Assembly (NCBI GenBank): GCA_964563105.1
Contig: CAZLXM010000007.1
Location: forward strand, 253 to 64,252
Direction: 5' to 3'
Length of the DNA stretch: 64,000 bases
Origin: an uncultured Bacteroidaceae bacterium
GTDB taxonomy: Bacteria; Bacteroidota; Bacteroidia; Bacteroidales; GCA-2748055
Positions 47,806 to 56,977 of the stretch are shown here, piece by piece. Every line of letters begins with the position of its first letter. Within the stretch, counting starts at the first letter, position 1. The translations under genes and the position numbers were made by a program. A model generated the notes under the pieces. It did not search any database. It saw only the letters and a program-made list of their open reading frames with translations, and was not told the origin of the DNA.

Positions 47806-50412
47806 TTAAAATTCAATACCTATCATTAACAGGTCATCGAGCTGTCTTGTCCCATCCTGCCATTTTGCAAAGTCATGTTGAAAAAATGAGTAGTAGTTTT
47901 CCATGGAATAATTTTGATTTTCAAGTATAAGCTCTCTGACTCTTTTAGTTGAATATTTTCTTCCATAAGGGCCTCCAAGCTGGTCAGTAAGGCCGTCAGT
48001 AAAAAAAAATATCTTATCCCCTTTTTTGGTTTTTATAGTTTTATTAGTGAATTTTACTTCTGCCCTTTTCCCTGTCATTAAACCTCCTATCGCTCTCCGG
48101 TCGCCTTTGTATTCTCTAAGTATCCCTTTACTAAAATGTAGAAGTGGTCTGTAGGCACCCGCATATTCCAAATATTGTTTTTCGAGATTTATTTTACAGA
48201 GAGCGATATCCATACCATCCTGGCTCTCAGATGAGTTAAGTTCCTGTTTTAAGGTGTGCCTTACCTTTTTATTTAATATATTTAAAATTTCTGCAGGAGA
48301 GTATCCATTGTAATTATCAACTGTATCATTCAGGAGAAAATATCCGACAAATGAAAGGAGAGCACCGGGAACACCATGCCCTGTACAATCTATAGCCGCA
48401 ACATACAGCCATTCATCTTTAACATTAAACCAGGGGAAATCGCCCGAAACCACATCCCTTGGTTTATAAAAAACAAAACTATCAGGGAAGTATTTTTGGA
48501 ATATCTTTAAATCGGGGAGGAGTGCTTTTTGAATTCTTTTAGCATAATTGATGCTGTCTTCAATATTTTTATTTTTAATTTGAATCTCTTTTTCAATCTT
48601 CTTGGCTTCAGTAATATCATGCCCGACAAATAATACAGTTTCAAGTACATTGTTTGAAATTTCCGGAATGGCATCAAAACTTATTATTCTTTCCAACAGC
48701 ATATCTCCCATTTTAACAGTTACCGAAATTTCAGTATTAGTTTTATGGGGATTTACTGAAATTTCCATCAGGGTGTTGGTAAAGTAATCTTTAAATGTTT
48801 TATGAATTTCAACTTCCGACAAAAATTTGTTAATAAGGCCTTTTGAGTCAAAAGGTATATAATCTTCAACTACCGGATTTACGTAATGAAATTGTCCCGC
48901 AGTACTCAATCTAAGTATAAGGTCCAGGGAATTTTCGGATAATGATTGCATCCTTGACTTAAGACGCTCTTCTTTTTCAGCTCTTATTTTTTCGGTAATA
49001 TCTCTTGAATTTAGAATAATTCCTTTTATTGAAGGATCATCCAGCATATTTTTGGATGAGGTTTCGAGGAAAATGCGCTCTCCATCTTTTTTTATAAAAG
49101 AATAACGAATTACATGCTTTTCATTTATTCCCAATGCTGTGTTTTCCATCAGTTTACGCATATTGTACTGATTTTCTTTAGCTAAACGTTCAAAATCTTT
49201 TCCATTCATCATTTCTTCGGGTGTATAGCCAAGTATTTTAATAACAGATGGGCTCACATATGTCATTTTGAGGTCATGATCATAAATGGATATTATTTCT
49301 GAAGCATTTTCAAGTAACCAGTGGAGTTTACTTTGTGCATTTTCAACTTCTATAATCTTGGTTTCAAGTTGGTTATTAATTTTTTGCAGCTCTTCCTGTG
49401 TTTTTTTCATTATTCTCGCATTTTCCTGCAATTTATGTTCATTAGAACGGAGTTCTTCTGTCATCTTCTGCGATTCAGAAAGCAGAGATTCAGTTTTAAG
49501 CCTTAATTTAAGATTATGTAAAGCTCGCCCTATTATTTCACCAAGTTCAAGCATAAACTGTATGGTTAACTTAGGAACTTTTTCCTGAAGAAATGCAAAT
49601 TCAACTACGCCCTGAAGGTTATTATCTGAAATTAAAGGGATTAGAAGAATACTGGCGGGTTTTTGATCACCTAAAATACCAGATGTTATAGAAATGTAGT
49701 CTTTCGGAATTTCAGTCCTGTAAATGTAGTCCATTTCATAAGCACATTCTCCTATCAGGCTTTCTCCAATCCTGAATTCCTGATCAACAAATCTTCGACG
49801 GTTGTAAGCATAGTGTGCGATATTAATCAAAACTTTCCGTTCATTATCAAGCAAATAAAAAGCTCCCTGGCTTGCTTCAATATAGTTTATAAGAGTTTTA
49901 AGAAGCTGAAAGGATATTTCATTTAGATTGGTATGAGTTCTTAATATCCGGGAAATAATTTCCTTTCCTTCAGATATCCATGTTTGTTGCTTTTCTTTCC
50001 TGGCATTGGAGCGCAGAAAACTCTGTAACATGATTAGGGCATTTCCCAGCTTATCATCCGGCCCTTCAGTGTTAATTGGTATAGTGAAATCACCTGTGCC
50101 AATTCTTTTGGCTTGTTCAGCATATCCCTCAATCAGTGCCCTTTTAGCTGAAATTAAAGATTGAAATTTTATTTCCTTTTCGTGATATTTTTTCTGAAAT
50201 TTAATGTAAGTTATAATAAAAAGAAAAGGAAATAAGTCTGCAAGGAATACTACAGGATTGACAGCATGAATGGCCGCAATTCCGGTCAATGAGAAAGAAA
50301 TCTTGTAAAATGAAACCAGGCCTATATACAAAACAATAAAATAGACAATTCCCGGAAGAACTATTTTATAGATGTTTTTTTTATATTTTATTTGAATCAG
50401 ATCAGGCTTCAT
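47806..50412 (-). CDS. Membrane-anchored HAMP-like/GAF/coiled-coil/PAS/PP2C (SpoIIE-type) protein phosphatase, SiaA-like
   Basis: N-terminal TM segments. GAF-like region SQGAFYLLDNE...LIGECAYE...LLIPLISDNNLQGVVEF. PAS-like regions lie around ASEIISIYDHDLKMTYVSPS. The C-terminal SpoIIE motifs are VVSGDFPWFNV...VAAIDCTGHGVPGALLS...FFFTDGLTDQ. Confidence 0.8.
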   Translation of the reverse strand: MKPDLIQIKYKKNIYKIVLPGIVYFIVLYIGLVSFYKISFSLTGIAAIHAVNPVVFLADLFPFLFIITYIKFQKKYHEKEIKFQSLISAKRALIEGYAEQAKRIGTGDFTIPINTEGPDDKLGNALIMLQSFLRSNARKEKQQTWISEGKEIISRILRTHTNLNEISFQLLKTLINYIEASQGAFYLLDNERKVLINIAHYAYNRRRFVDQEFRIGESLIGECAYEMDYIYRTEIPKDYISITSGILGDQKPASILLIPLISDNNLQGVVEFAFLQEKVPKLTIQFMLELGEIIGRALHNLKLRLKTESLLSESQKMTEELRSNEHKLQENARIMKKTQEELQKINNQLETKIIEVENAQSKLHWLLENASEIISIYDHDLKMTYVSPSVIKILGYTPEEMMNGKDFERLAKENQYNMRKLMENTALGINEKHVIRYSFIKKDGERIFLETSSKNMLDDPSIKGIILNSRDITEKIRAEKEERLKSRMQSLSENSLDLILRLSTAGQFHYVNPVVEDYIPFDSKGLINKFLSEVEIHKTFKDYFTNTLMEISVNPHKTNTEISVTVKMGDMLLERIISFDAIPEISNNVLETVLFVGHDITEAKKIEKEIQIKNKNIEDSINYAKRIQKALLPDLKIFQKYFPDSFVFYKPRDVVSGDFPWFNVKDEWLYVAAIDCTGHGVPGALLSFVGYFLLNDTVDNYNGYSPAEILNILNKKVRHTLKQELNSSESQDGMDIALCKINLEKQYLEYAGAYRPLLHFSKGILREYKGDRRAIGGLMTGKRAEVKFTNKTIKTKKGDKIFFFTDGLTDQLGGPYGRKYSTKRVRELILENQNYSMENYYSFFQHDFAKWQDGTRQLDDLLMIGIEF

Positions 50413-51175
50413 GACACATATTTGTCAGGCTAAAAAGTTCTTTCCCAAGTTCATTTGATAATATTTTTAATATTTCCAAACCATTATTGCCGATATCTGA
50501 CAAGGTGGAAAATTCTATTAATGCTATACACTGGTCTTCATAGATTATAGGGGTTAGATAAAGAAAGCGGGCATAAGTGCTGCCCAGTCCTGATGCGAGT
50601 AATCTATATGTTTTAGAAAGATTGGATAATTTCATTACTTGCATATCTAAAGCTGCTTGTCCATGAATGCCTTCACCAGCTCTAAAAGGTAAAGCCCGGT
50701 TTTCCGGAGCTATGGCATATTCTTCTGAAACCTCAAAAAGAGAATGTTCCGGATTATAAAGAAATACTACTCCCTGCATGATATTAAACTCGGATGCAAG
50801 ACTTTTAAGGATAGTTGCAAAACCTGGTTTACTTAATTTTTGAATCGTTTCCTGCTTTATTTTTTGAGCAATGTCATAAGGCCTTATATACTGGACTTCT
50901 TTATTATCTGAAAGAGAGGCTTTATTTACTTCAGATGAGATTTCATTTTTAAGGTTGTTACGAATTTTATTTACCGGATAATTATTAATGTATTGAAAAA
51001 ATAAAAATATTATGAGAAGCAGGATAATACTAAAAAAAAATAATAAGATAAAAGGATAATTTCCAGTTTTAATATAAATATTCCATGAAATGAAAAACAA
51101 TCCGGAAACAGATATTGTTAGTAGCACAAATGCTGATACTATATATTTTATATTACTAAAATCCTGAATCTTCAT
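50402..51175 (-). CDS. Two-TM membrane protein with a cytoplasmic GAF-like domain
   Basis: There are two hydrophobic segments. Then MQGVVFLYNPE...GEGIHGQAALD...LTPIIYEDQCIALIEF is colinear with the GAF regions of the two flanking genes. Its stop overlaps the next gene's start by 11 nt. Confidence 0.6.
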   Translation of the reverse strand: MKIQDFSNIKYIVSAFVLLTISVSGLFFISWNIYIKTGNYPFILLFFFSIILLLIIFLFFQYINNYPVNKIRNNLKNEISSEVNKASLSDNKEVQYIRPYDIAQKIKQETIQKLSKPGFATILKSLASEFNIMQGVVFLYNPEHSLFEVSEEYAIAPENRALPFRAGEGIHGQAALDMQVMKLSNLSKTYRLLASGLGSTYARFLYLTPIIYEDQCIALIEFSTLSDIGNNGLEILKILSNELGKELFSLTNMCHEA

Positions 51176-51299
51176 TTAAACCCGAGCGTTTAATACTTAA
51201 ATATTTTTCTGATTAATCCGGTAGTTCCCGTAGTAATCAACTTTTACGGAAAAATCAGATTCAGGTTTTAAATTTTCCGGGTAAAAACTATTTGCTTGA

Positions 51300-53333
51300 T
51301 TATGAGGATATATCAGAATAAGGAGGAATATTTTTTTGAAGTGTTTTTATCTGATCATTTAATCTTTGAATTTCATTTGCAGCTTTCTCCAGCAATTGAT
51401 GGTTTTGTTTCTTTTCTGTAATATCATTGGCTATATTTATTATTTTTTGGATTTTCCCATCATTATCAACAACAGATGAGAATGTTCCTTCCAGCCATAC
51501 TTCTTTTCCACTGAAAAGCCTGTATTTTTCTATTTTGTTTATAATCTGTCCTTCACGAATGTTTTTCCAAAATAGTTTATATTCTTCACTATATTTATCA
51601 GTCAGTGCAAAATCGCTATGATGTTTTCCGATTATCTGGTCTTTGGATGTTTCCAGAACTAGTTGCATTTTATCATTCACATTTGAAAACCTTCCGTTCT
51701 CAGTGAATTCTGCTACTAAAGAAGATGAATTAACCGCAAATAATATAGCTGACATTTCAGATTCTTTTTTATGATATTCATCCTGTGCTTTTTGTAATTG
51801 GGCCATACTTTTTTTCATTCGCTCTTCCTGTTGTAGCATTATTTCAGTTTGTTCCCGTGATTGTTCTAAAAGCTTTGATTTTTGTTCATTAATTTTTACT
51901 GAAGCAAGTGTTGAGGCTGTAATTTCACTAATTTGCCCAACAAAGGTTATTTCAAATGTTTGTAATACTTTCATTGATGCAATTTCGAGAACACCAATAA
52001 CTGCTTCTTCAATTTTCAGGGGCACGACCAGAAGACATAATGGTTTTGATTCGCCTAGTCCTGAGCTTATTTCAAGATAATCTTCCGGAATATCTGTCAT
52101 AAATATTGTTTCTTTTTCCAGTGCGCATGTCCCTACGAGTCCCTCACCAGTCTGTATTTGCTTTTGCAAATATTTTCGTCTGTCAAACGCATAAGCAGCT
52201 ATCATATCAAAATATGTCCCTTCATTTTCATCTTTTGCAAGATAAATTCCGGCTGCTGAGGCTCCAATATATTGCACCAGATTTAAAATAACTTTATATG
52301 CCAATTCTGTCACATTCTCCCTCTCAGAACGAAAAATTTCTCCGAATTTTGCAATTCCTTCATTTATCCAACTTCTTCTGTTGTCTTCTTCAATTCTTTT
52401 TAAAGTTTCAATCCGGGTATGATATAGTTTTTCTTTTAATCTTATTAGAGAACTTCCAAGGATGTCATGTTCTCCTGCAGGAATAAAACCGGCTGAATAA
52501 TTTCCTTCAGCTAAATTATTTGCAAATTCAGCTTTTGTTTTTAGTTGTGTAGTAAGAATATTCAGGTCATCATTTATTAACCTGATATCATCAAATCCTG
52601 CCGATTGCAAATTGTCAGGTATTTTGCCTTCTTTAAGGTGCCCCGTATTTTTTTTAATTTCAGCAAAACGGAGAGACAGTACAGATCCAAAATAGTATAG
52701 AAGGCTAATTATCAGGATGCCTGAGATAGATAACCAAATAATAAGTTTTGAACGATAAGTCTTGTAATAATCTGAAAGGTAATCTGAACTAAATTTGTAT
52801 AAGTCCATTATTAAATTCTCAATTAAACGGGTTTGAATTATAAAATCATCCAGAATCCCGCCTTTATCCCTTCCTCCTATTTTGCGTAATATCCTGTTGT
52901 TCTGAGATATATCGTCAAAATTTGCAAATAATTGGTCAATTGCATTTTTGTAATCAACTGTAAGTTTATTCAATTCACTGAGATTTTCCCTGATAGTACG
53001 GATCTTTCTAATTTCAGGAGGATTTGTAACAAAAGGAATACTATTTTCAAAAACATCAAATGAAGATTGTAATGCAAGTAGTTCTATGTTCGCTTCTTCA
53101 GGATTTTCTTCAGGATGAAAAAGGCCGGCTTCGGGATTAACATGAGTAATACCAAGGTAATTTATATAATTATGGAATAATACATTTGTAATAATCAGAT
53201 CTGATTTTATTTCTGATAATTGCATTAACCTGTTCCATCTGTCAAAAAAGAATAAACCTGACAATATCCATATTGACATAAAAATACTGGTGAAAAGCAC
53301 TATAGTGCTTTTTATTCCAGGCAATCGGGCCAT
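51300..53333 (-). CDS. Membrane sensor-like protein: TM, periplasmic region, TM, HAMP-like, GAF, coiled-coil, PAS; no recognisable output domain
   Basis: TM segments at ~10-30 and ~196-218. HAMP-like LAEGNYSAGFIPAGEHDILGSSLIRL. GAF SAAGIYLAKDE...LVGTCALE...LVVPLKIEEAVIGVLEI. PAS-like LVAEFTENGRFSNVNDK...GKHHSDF...INIANDITEKK. It ends after the PAS region. Confidence 0.7.
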   Translation of the reverse strand: MARLPGIKSTIVLFTSIFMSIWILSGLFFFDRWNRLMQLSEIKSDLIITNVLFHNYINYLGITHVNPEAGLFHPEENPEEANIELLALQSSFDVFENSIPFVTNPPEIRKIRTIRENLSELNKLTVDYKNAIDQLFANFDDISQNNRILRKIGGRDKGGILDDFIIQTRLIENLIMDLYKFSSDYLSDYYKTYRSKLIIWLSISGILIISLLYYFGSVLSLRFAEIKKNTGHLKEGKIPDNLQSAGFDDIRLINDDLNILTTQLKTKAEFANNLAEGNYSAGFIPAGEHDILGSSLIRLKEKLYHTRIETLKRIEEDNRRSWINEGIAKFGEIFRSERENVTELAYKVILNLVQYIGASAAGIYLAKDENEGTYFDMIAAYAFDRRKYLQKQIQTGEGLVGTCALEKETIFMTDIPEDYLEISSGLGESKPLCLLVVPLKIEEAVIGVLEIASMKVLQTFEITFVGQISEITASTLASVKINEQKSKLLEQSREQTEIMLQQEERMKKSMAQLQKAQDEYHKKESEMSAILFAVNSSSLVAEFTENGRFSNVNDKMQLVLETSKDQIIGKHHSDFALTDKYSEEYKLFWKNIREGQIINKIEKYRLFSGKEVWLEGTFSSVVDNDGKIQKIINIANDITEKKQNHQLLEKAANEIQRLNDQIKTLQKNIPPYSDISS

Positions 53334-53335
53334 AT

Positions 53336-54181
53336 TTATGACTTTTTAAAATATACTTGTTGTTTTTTTTCAAAATAATTACTGCAACTTCCCTGAATGC
53401 GTTCATGCATGCCAAGTATCAGGCAACCGGAAGCAGGAAGGTTACTATAAAAAAGTTGATACATCTTTTTTTGCATTGAAGGGTTAAAATATATGATTAC
53501 ATTTCTGCATACAATTATATCATAATATAAACCAAAAGGATTCCCTTCTTTAATTATATTGGATAATTTATAAACAGGTTTGTTTAAAAGGGCAGGAGAC
53601 ATTCTAAGTTCATCCGTAGCCTCGTCAATAGTAAAATATTTATTATATGATATTTTCTTTTTTTGCATGGATATTGATTCAGGATTAATTACCTTTTCGA
53701 AATTATCAAGAAATATTTTGTTACTCAAATATTTGTAAATTCCTTTTTTTGCAATTTCCAAAGAATCAGGATTAATATCAGTTGCATATATTTCGCATTT
53801 TTCAAACAAATTTAGCTTATCTAACAGGATCAACATTGAATACACTTCTAAACCTGTGGAACAGCCTACATGCCATATTTTTACAGTATTTTTATTTTTG
53901 TAATATGGCAAAACAGTATTTTGTAAATTTATCCATAGTTCAGTATCCCTGAATAATTCAGTAGTGTTTACGGTAATGATTTTAATAATGTTATCTGCGA
54001 TACTTTTATCTTTAATAATCTTGTCTGAAAGTTGCAACAAGTTTATTTTGTATGTGCGTAATACTTTGCTTAATCTATTTTTCAAGGAATTAGCAGAATA
54101 GCCTGATAAATCATAACATGAAAATTCTTTAAGTGTATCAATAATAAATTTAACGTCATTATTATCCGTAATATCTGTCAT
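53336..54181 (-). CDS. CheR-type SAM-dependent protein-glutamate O-methyltransferase-like protein
   Basis: CheR motifs TELFRD, IWHVGCSTGLEVYSMLILL, IYATDINPDSLEIAKKGIY and DIIVCRNVIIYFN. Its stop lies 2 nt before the next gene's start. Confidence 0.8.
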   Translation of the reverse strand: MTDITDNNDVKFIIDTLKEFSCYDLSGYSANSLKNRLSKVLRTYKINLLQLSDKIIKDKSIADNIIKIITVNTTELFRDTELWINLQNTVLPYYKNKNTVKIWHVGCSTGLEVYSMLILLDKLNLFEKCEIYATDINPDSLEIAKKGIYKYLSNKIFLDNFEKVINPESISMQKKKISYNKYFTIDEATDELRMSPALLNKPVYKLSNIIKEGNPFGLYYDIIVCRNVIIYFNPSMQKKMYQLFYSNLPASGCLILGMHERIQGSCSNYFEKKQQVYFKKS

Positions 54182-54326
54182 TTTTATAAGGGGTATGATT
54201 TAATAGTAAAACTAAGAAAAATTATAAAAAAATCATATTTTACAATTTTCCGGTTAATCTTTTGATATTTTTTAATGTTTGTAAATTAATAATTTTTGTA
54301 TCTTAAGCCCTATAAAAATTTTTCTT

Positions 54327-54944
54327 ATGGAATTGAAACAAGCCATTGAATTACGTACCAGTGTCAGAAGTTATCTGCCTGATGATGTTCCTGAACCGGA
54401 TATTAGGGAGATGGTACGTTTAGCAGGATTAGCTCCCAGTGTAAATAACTTTCAGCCCTGGGGTTTTATTCTTATCAGGAGCAAGAAGAAATTATTGCTG
54501 ATGTCTCAGGTAGTTACAAATCGATTGTCGGAATTTCCAAAAAAAGATTCCAAAATTGCAGCAAATATTAAAAACCAGGTAGAATGGTATTCTACTTTTT
54601 TTAAAGATGCCCCCGCAGTTGTTGCTGTAACACTTGATAAGTATGAATCTGTCTGGGAACGAGGAATAGATATTTCACATGAAGAGATCAATCAGCTTAG
54701 GATGTATCCTGATATTCAAAGTTCCGGGGCTTGTATCCAGAATTTTCTTTTGGCTGCAACAGATATGGGTTATGGTACATGTTGGATGAGCAGCCCGGTT
54801 ATTGCTGCTGCTGAATTGGAAACATTGCTGGGGATAAAAAAACCATCCAAATTATTAAGTTTGATTGCAATTGGTAAACCAGCCAAAGGTTTTCGTCCAA
54901 AAGAAAAAGAAGATATGAGTAATAAAATGATCATTATTGATTAG
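54327..54944 (+). CDS. Nitroreductase-family protein
   Basis: Motifs RTSVRSY, APSVNNFQPWGFILI and a C-terminal GYGTCWM. Confidence 0.8.
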   Translation: MELKQAIELRTSVRSYLPDDVPEPDIREMVRLAGLAPSVNNFQPWGFILIRSKKKLLLMSQVVTNRLSEFPKKDSKIAANIKNQVEWYSTFFKDAPAVVAVTLDKYESVWERGIDISHEEINQLRMYPDIQSSGACIQNFLLAATDMGYGTCWMSSPVIAAAELETLLGIKKPSKLLSLIAIGKPAKGFRPKEKEDMSNKMIIID

Positions 54945-55224
54945 ATAATAAAAATTAGTATTTTCCGGTATTTATATTCTATTCAAACTATTAATTTTTC
55001 ATTAAAATTAATTAAACTCATCATTAAAGTATGATTTAAATGCCTTCATTTTTGTCCTATTAATTCAGTCAGGCTTATCTTTTTCCGTTTTTTTTTTTTG
55101 GTAAATCGCAATAATTCCACCAAATTTGCACCGAAAAAATTACGACATTTTAGCATAGTTAGGTGTCTGCGCTTTATATATTAGAAGGTTAGCAGAAAAA
55201 TTAAATCGTATAAAATATATTATT

Positions 55225-56565
55225 ATGAATGTAGATCAGTTAATGAATGATCTTATTAGGCGTACACCCGGTGAAACTGAGTATCATCAGGCAGTCCAGG
55301 AGGTCCTTGAGTCAATTGAAGAAGTTTATGATGAAAATCCACAGTTTGAATCTGCAAGAATTATTGAAAGGCTAATTGAGCCTGACAGAATATTCATTTT
55401 TAAAGTACCCTGGGAGGACGATAAGGGCAGGATTCATGTAAACAGAGGTTACAGGATTCAATTCAATAATGTTTTAGGGCCATATAAAGGTGGCCTGCGT
55501 TTTCATCCAAGTGTAAATTTAAGTATCTTAAAATTTTTAGGATTTGAACAAATATTTAAAAATAGTCTTACATCACTACCTCTGGGAGGCGCAAAAGGAG
55601 GAGCAGACTTTGATCCTAAAGGTAAATCAAATCATGAAATTATGCGCTTCTGCAATTCATTCATGCTTGAGTTGTGGTATCATATCGGGGCTGAAACTGA
55701 TGTTCCTGCCGGTGATATTGGTGTTGGGATACGAGAAATAGGATATTTACATGGTATGTATCGAAAACTTGCAAGAAGAAATACGGGTGTTTTTACCGGA
55801 AAGGGTATTAATTGGGGGGGAAGCCTTATCAGGCCTGAAGCTGCCGGCTATGGCGTTGTTTATTTCACTCAGGAAATGTTAAAGTTGAAAGGTGAATCTT
55901 TGGCAGGTAAGAAGGTGGCTGTATCCGGTTTTGGGAATGTTGCCTGGGGCGCTGTAAAGAAAGTTAACGAACTGGGGGGGAAAGTAGTAACACTTTCAGG
56001 CCCTGATGGATATATTCATGATCCTGAAGGTGTTAGTGGTGAAAAAATTAATTATATGGTAAGGCTCAGGGCTTCTAATGTGGATATCGTACGCCCTTAT
56101 GCTTCAGATTTTAAAGGAGTAAAATTTTTTAAAGATAAACGGCCATGGGAAGTTCCTGTAGATATAGCCCTTCCATGCGCAACTCAAAACGAACTTAACA
56201 AAGAAGATGCAGAAAATCTTGTAAGAAATGGATGTTTGTGTGTATGTGAAGGGGCCAACATGCCTTGTACACCCGAAGCTATTCAGATTTTACAGGGGAA
56301 AAATGTATTGTATTCTCCGGGTAAAGCCTCCAATGCAGGCGGGGTTTCTACTTCAGGACTTGAAATGTCACAAAATTCAATGAAAATGAACTGGAGCGAA
56401 AATGAAGTAGATAAAAAATTGAAACATATTATGCAAAATATCCATGAAAGTTGTGTGAAATATGGGACCAGGCCTGATGGATATGTTGATTATGTAAAAG
56501 GGGCAAATATTGCAGGATTTTTAAGAATTGCAAATTCAATGTTGGATCAGGGGATATATTGTTAA
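55225..56565 (+). CDS. gdhA: NADP-specific glutamate dehydrogenase
   Basis: KGGLRFHPSVNLSILKFLGFEQIFKNSLT.LPLGGAKGG and GFGNVAWGA Rossmann motifs. Length 446 aa. Confidence 0.95.
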   Translation: MNVDQLMNDLIRRTPGETEYHQAVQEVLESIEEVYDENPQFESARIIERLIEPDRIFIFKVPWEDDKGRIHVNRGYRIQFNNVLGPYKGGLRFHPSVNLSILKFLGFEQIFKNSLTSLPLGGAKGGADFDPKGKSNHEIMRFCNSFMLELWYHIGAETDVPAGDIGVGIREIGYLHGMYRKLARRNTGVFTGKGINWGGSLIRPEAAGYGVVYFTQEMLKLKGESLAGKKVAVSGFGNVAWGAVKKVNELGGKVVTLSGPDGYIHDPEGVSGEKINYMVRLRASNVDIVRPYASDFKGVKFFKDKRPWEVPVDIALPCATQNELNKEDAENLVRNGCLCVCEGANMPCTPEAIQILQGKNVLYSPGKASNAGGVSTSGLEMSQNSMKMNWSENEVDKKLKHIMQNIHESCVKYGTRPDGYVDYVKGANIAGFLRIANSMLDQGIYC

Positions 56566-56665
56566 AAACTAAGAATGTAGCTATTAAATTATAAGAATAT
56601 CCTTGCAAAAGCGTTACTACTGAAGGACATTCAACTAAGCAGGGTATTTGTAAAGTTTAGTTATT

Positions 56666-56968
56666 ATGATAAAGCATATTGTATTTTTTCGTTTAAAAGA
56701 ACAAGAAAATAAACAGATCAAATTAAATCAGCTTCAAGAACTAAAAAATTTTCTTGAAGGTTTGAAAAATAAAATTGACTGGATTGTTAATCTGGAAGTT
56801 GGTATTAATTACTCAACCAGGGATGTTGCCTTTGATTTGGCATTAATAAGTGATTTTAAAAACAATGAAGATCTTGAAAAATATATTTCACATCCTGAAC
56901 ATCAAAAACTCCTTGATCTTCTTAATGATATTAAAAAAGAAGTTGCGATAGTAGATTATGAATATTAG
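56666..56968 (+). CDS. Dabb (stress-responsive A/B barrel) family protein
   Basis: 100 aa with IKHIVFFRLKE...HPEHQKL, the typical Dabb pattern. Confidence 0.75.
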   Translation: MIKHIVFFRLKEQENKQIKLNQLQELKNFLEGLKNKIDWIVNLEVGINYSTRDVAFDLALISDFKNNEDLEKYISHPEHQKLLDLLNDIKKEVAIVDYEY

Positions 56969-56977
56969 TTTTACTAT

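Noticed and set aside
48001-48009. A9/T9 homopolymer inside the SiaA-like coding region (encodes FFF), considered as a phase-variation site.
   Set aside because: The reading frame is intact here, and such runs are common in AT-rich genomes. There is no evidence of variation from a single sequence.
51176-51299. AT-rich 7-bp hairpin (cggaaaa...ttttccg, 51247-51279) in the only sizeable gap of the signalling cluster, considered as an internal terminator or attenuator.
   Set aside because: The stem is short and weak with an 18-19-nt loop and no flanking U-tract on the coding (minus) strand. That is insufficient evidence.
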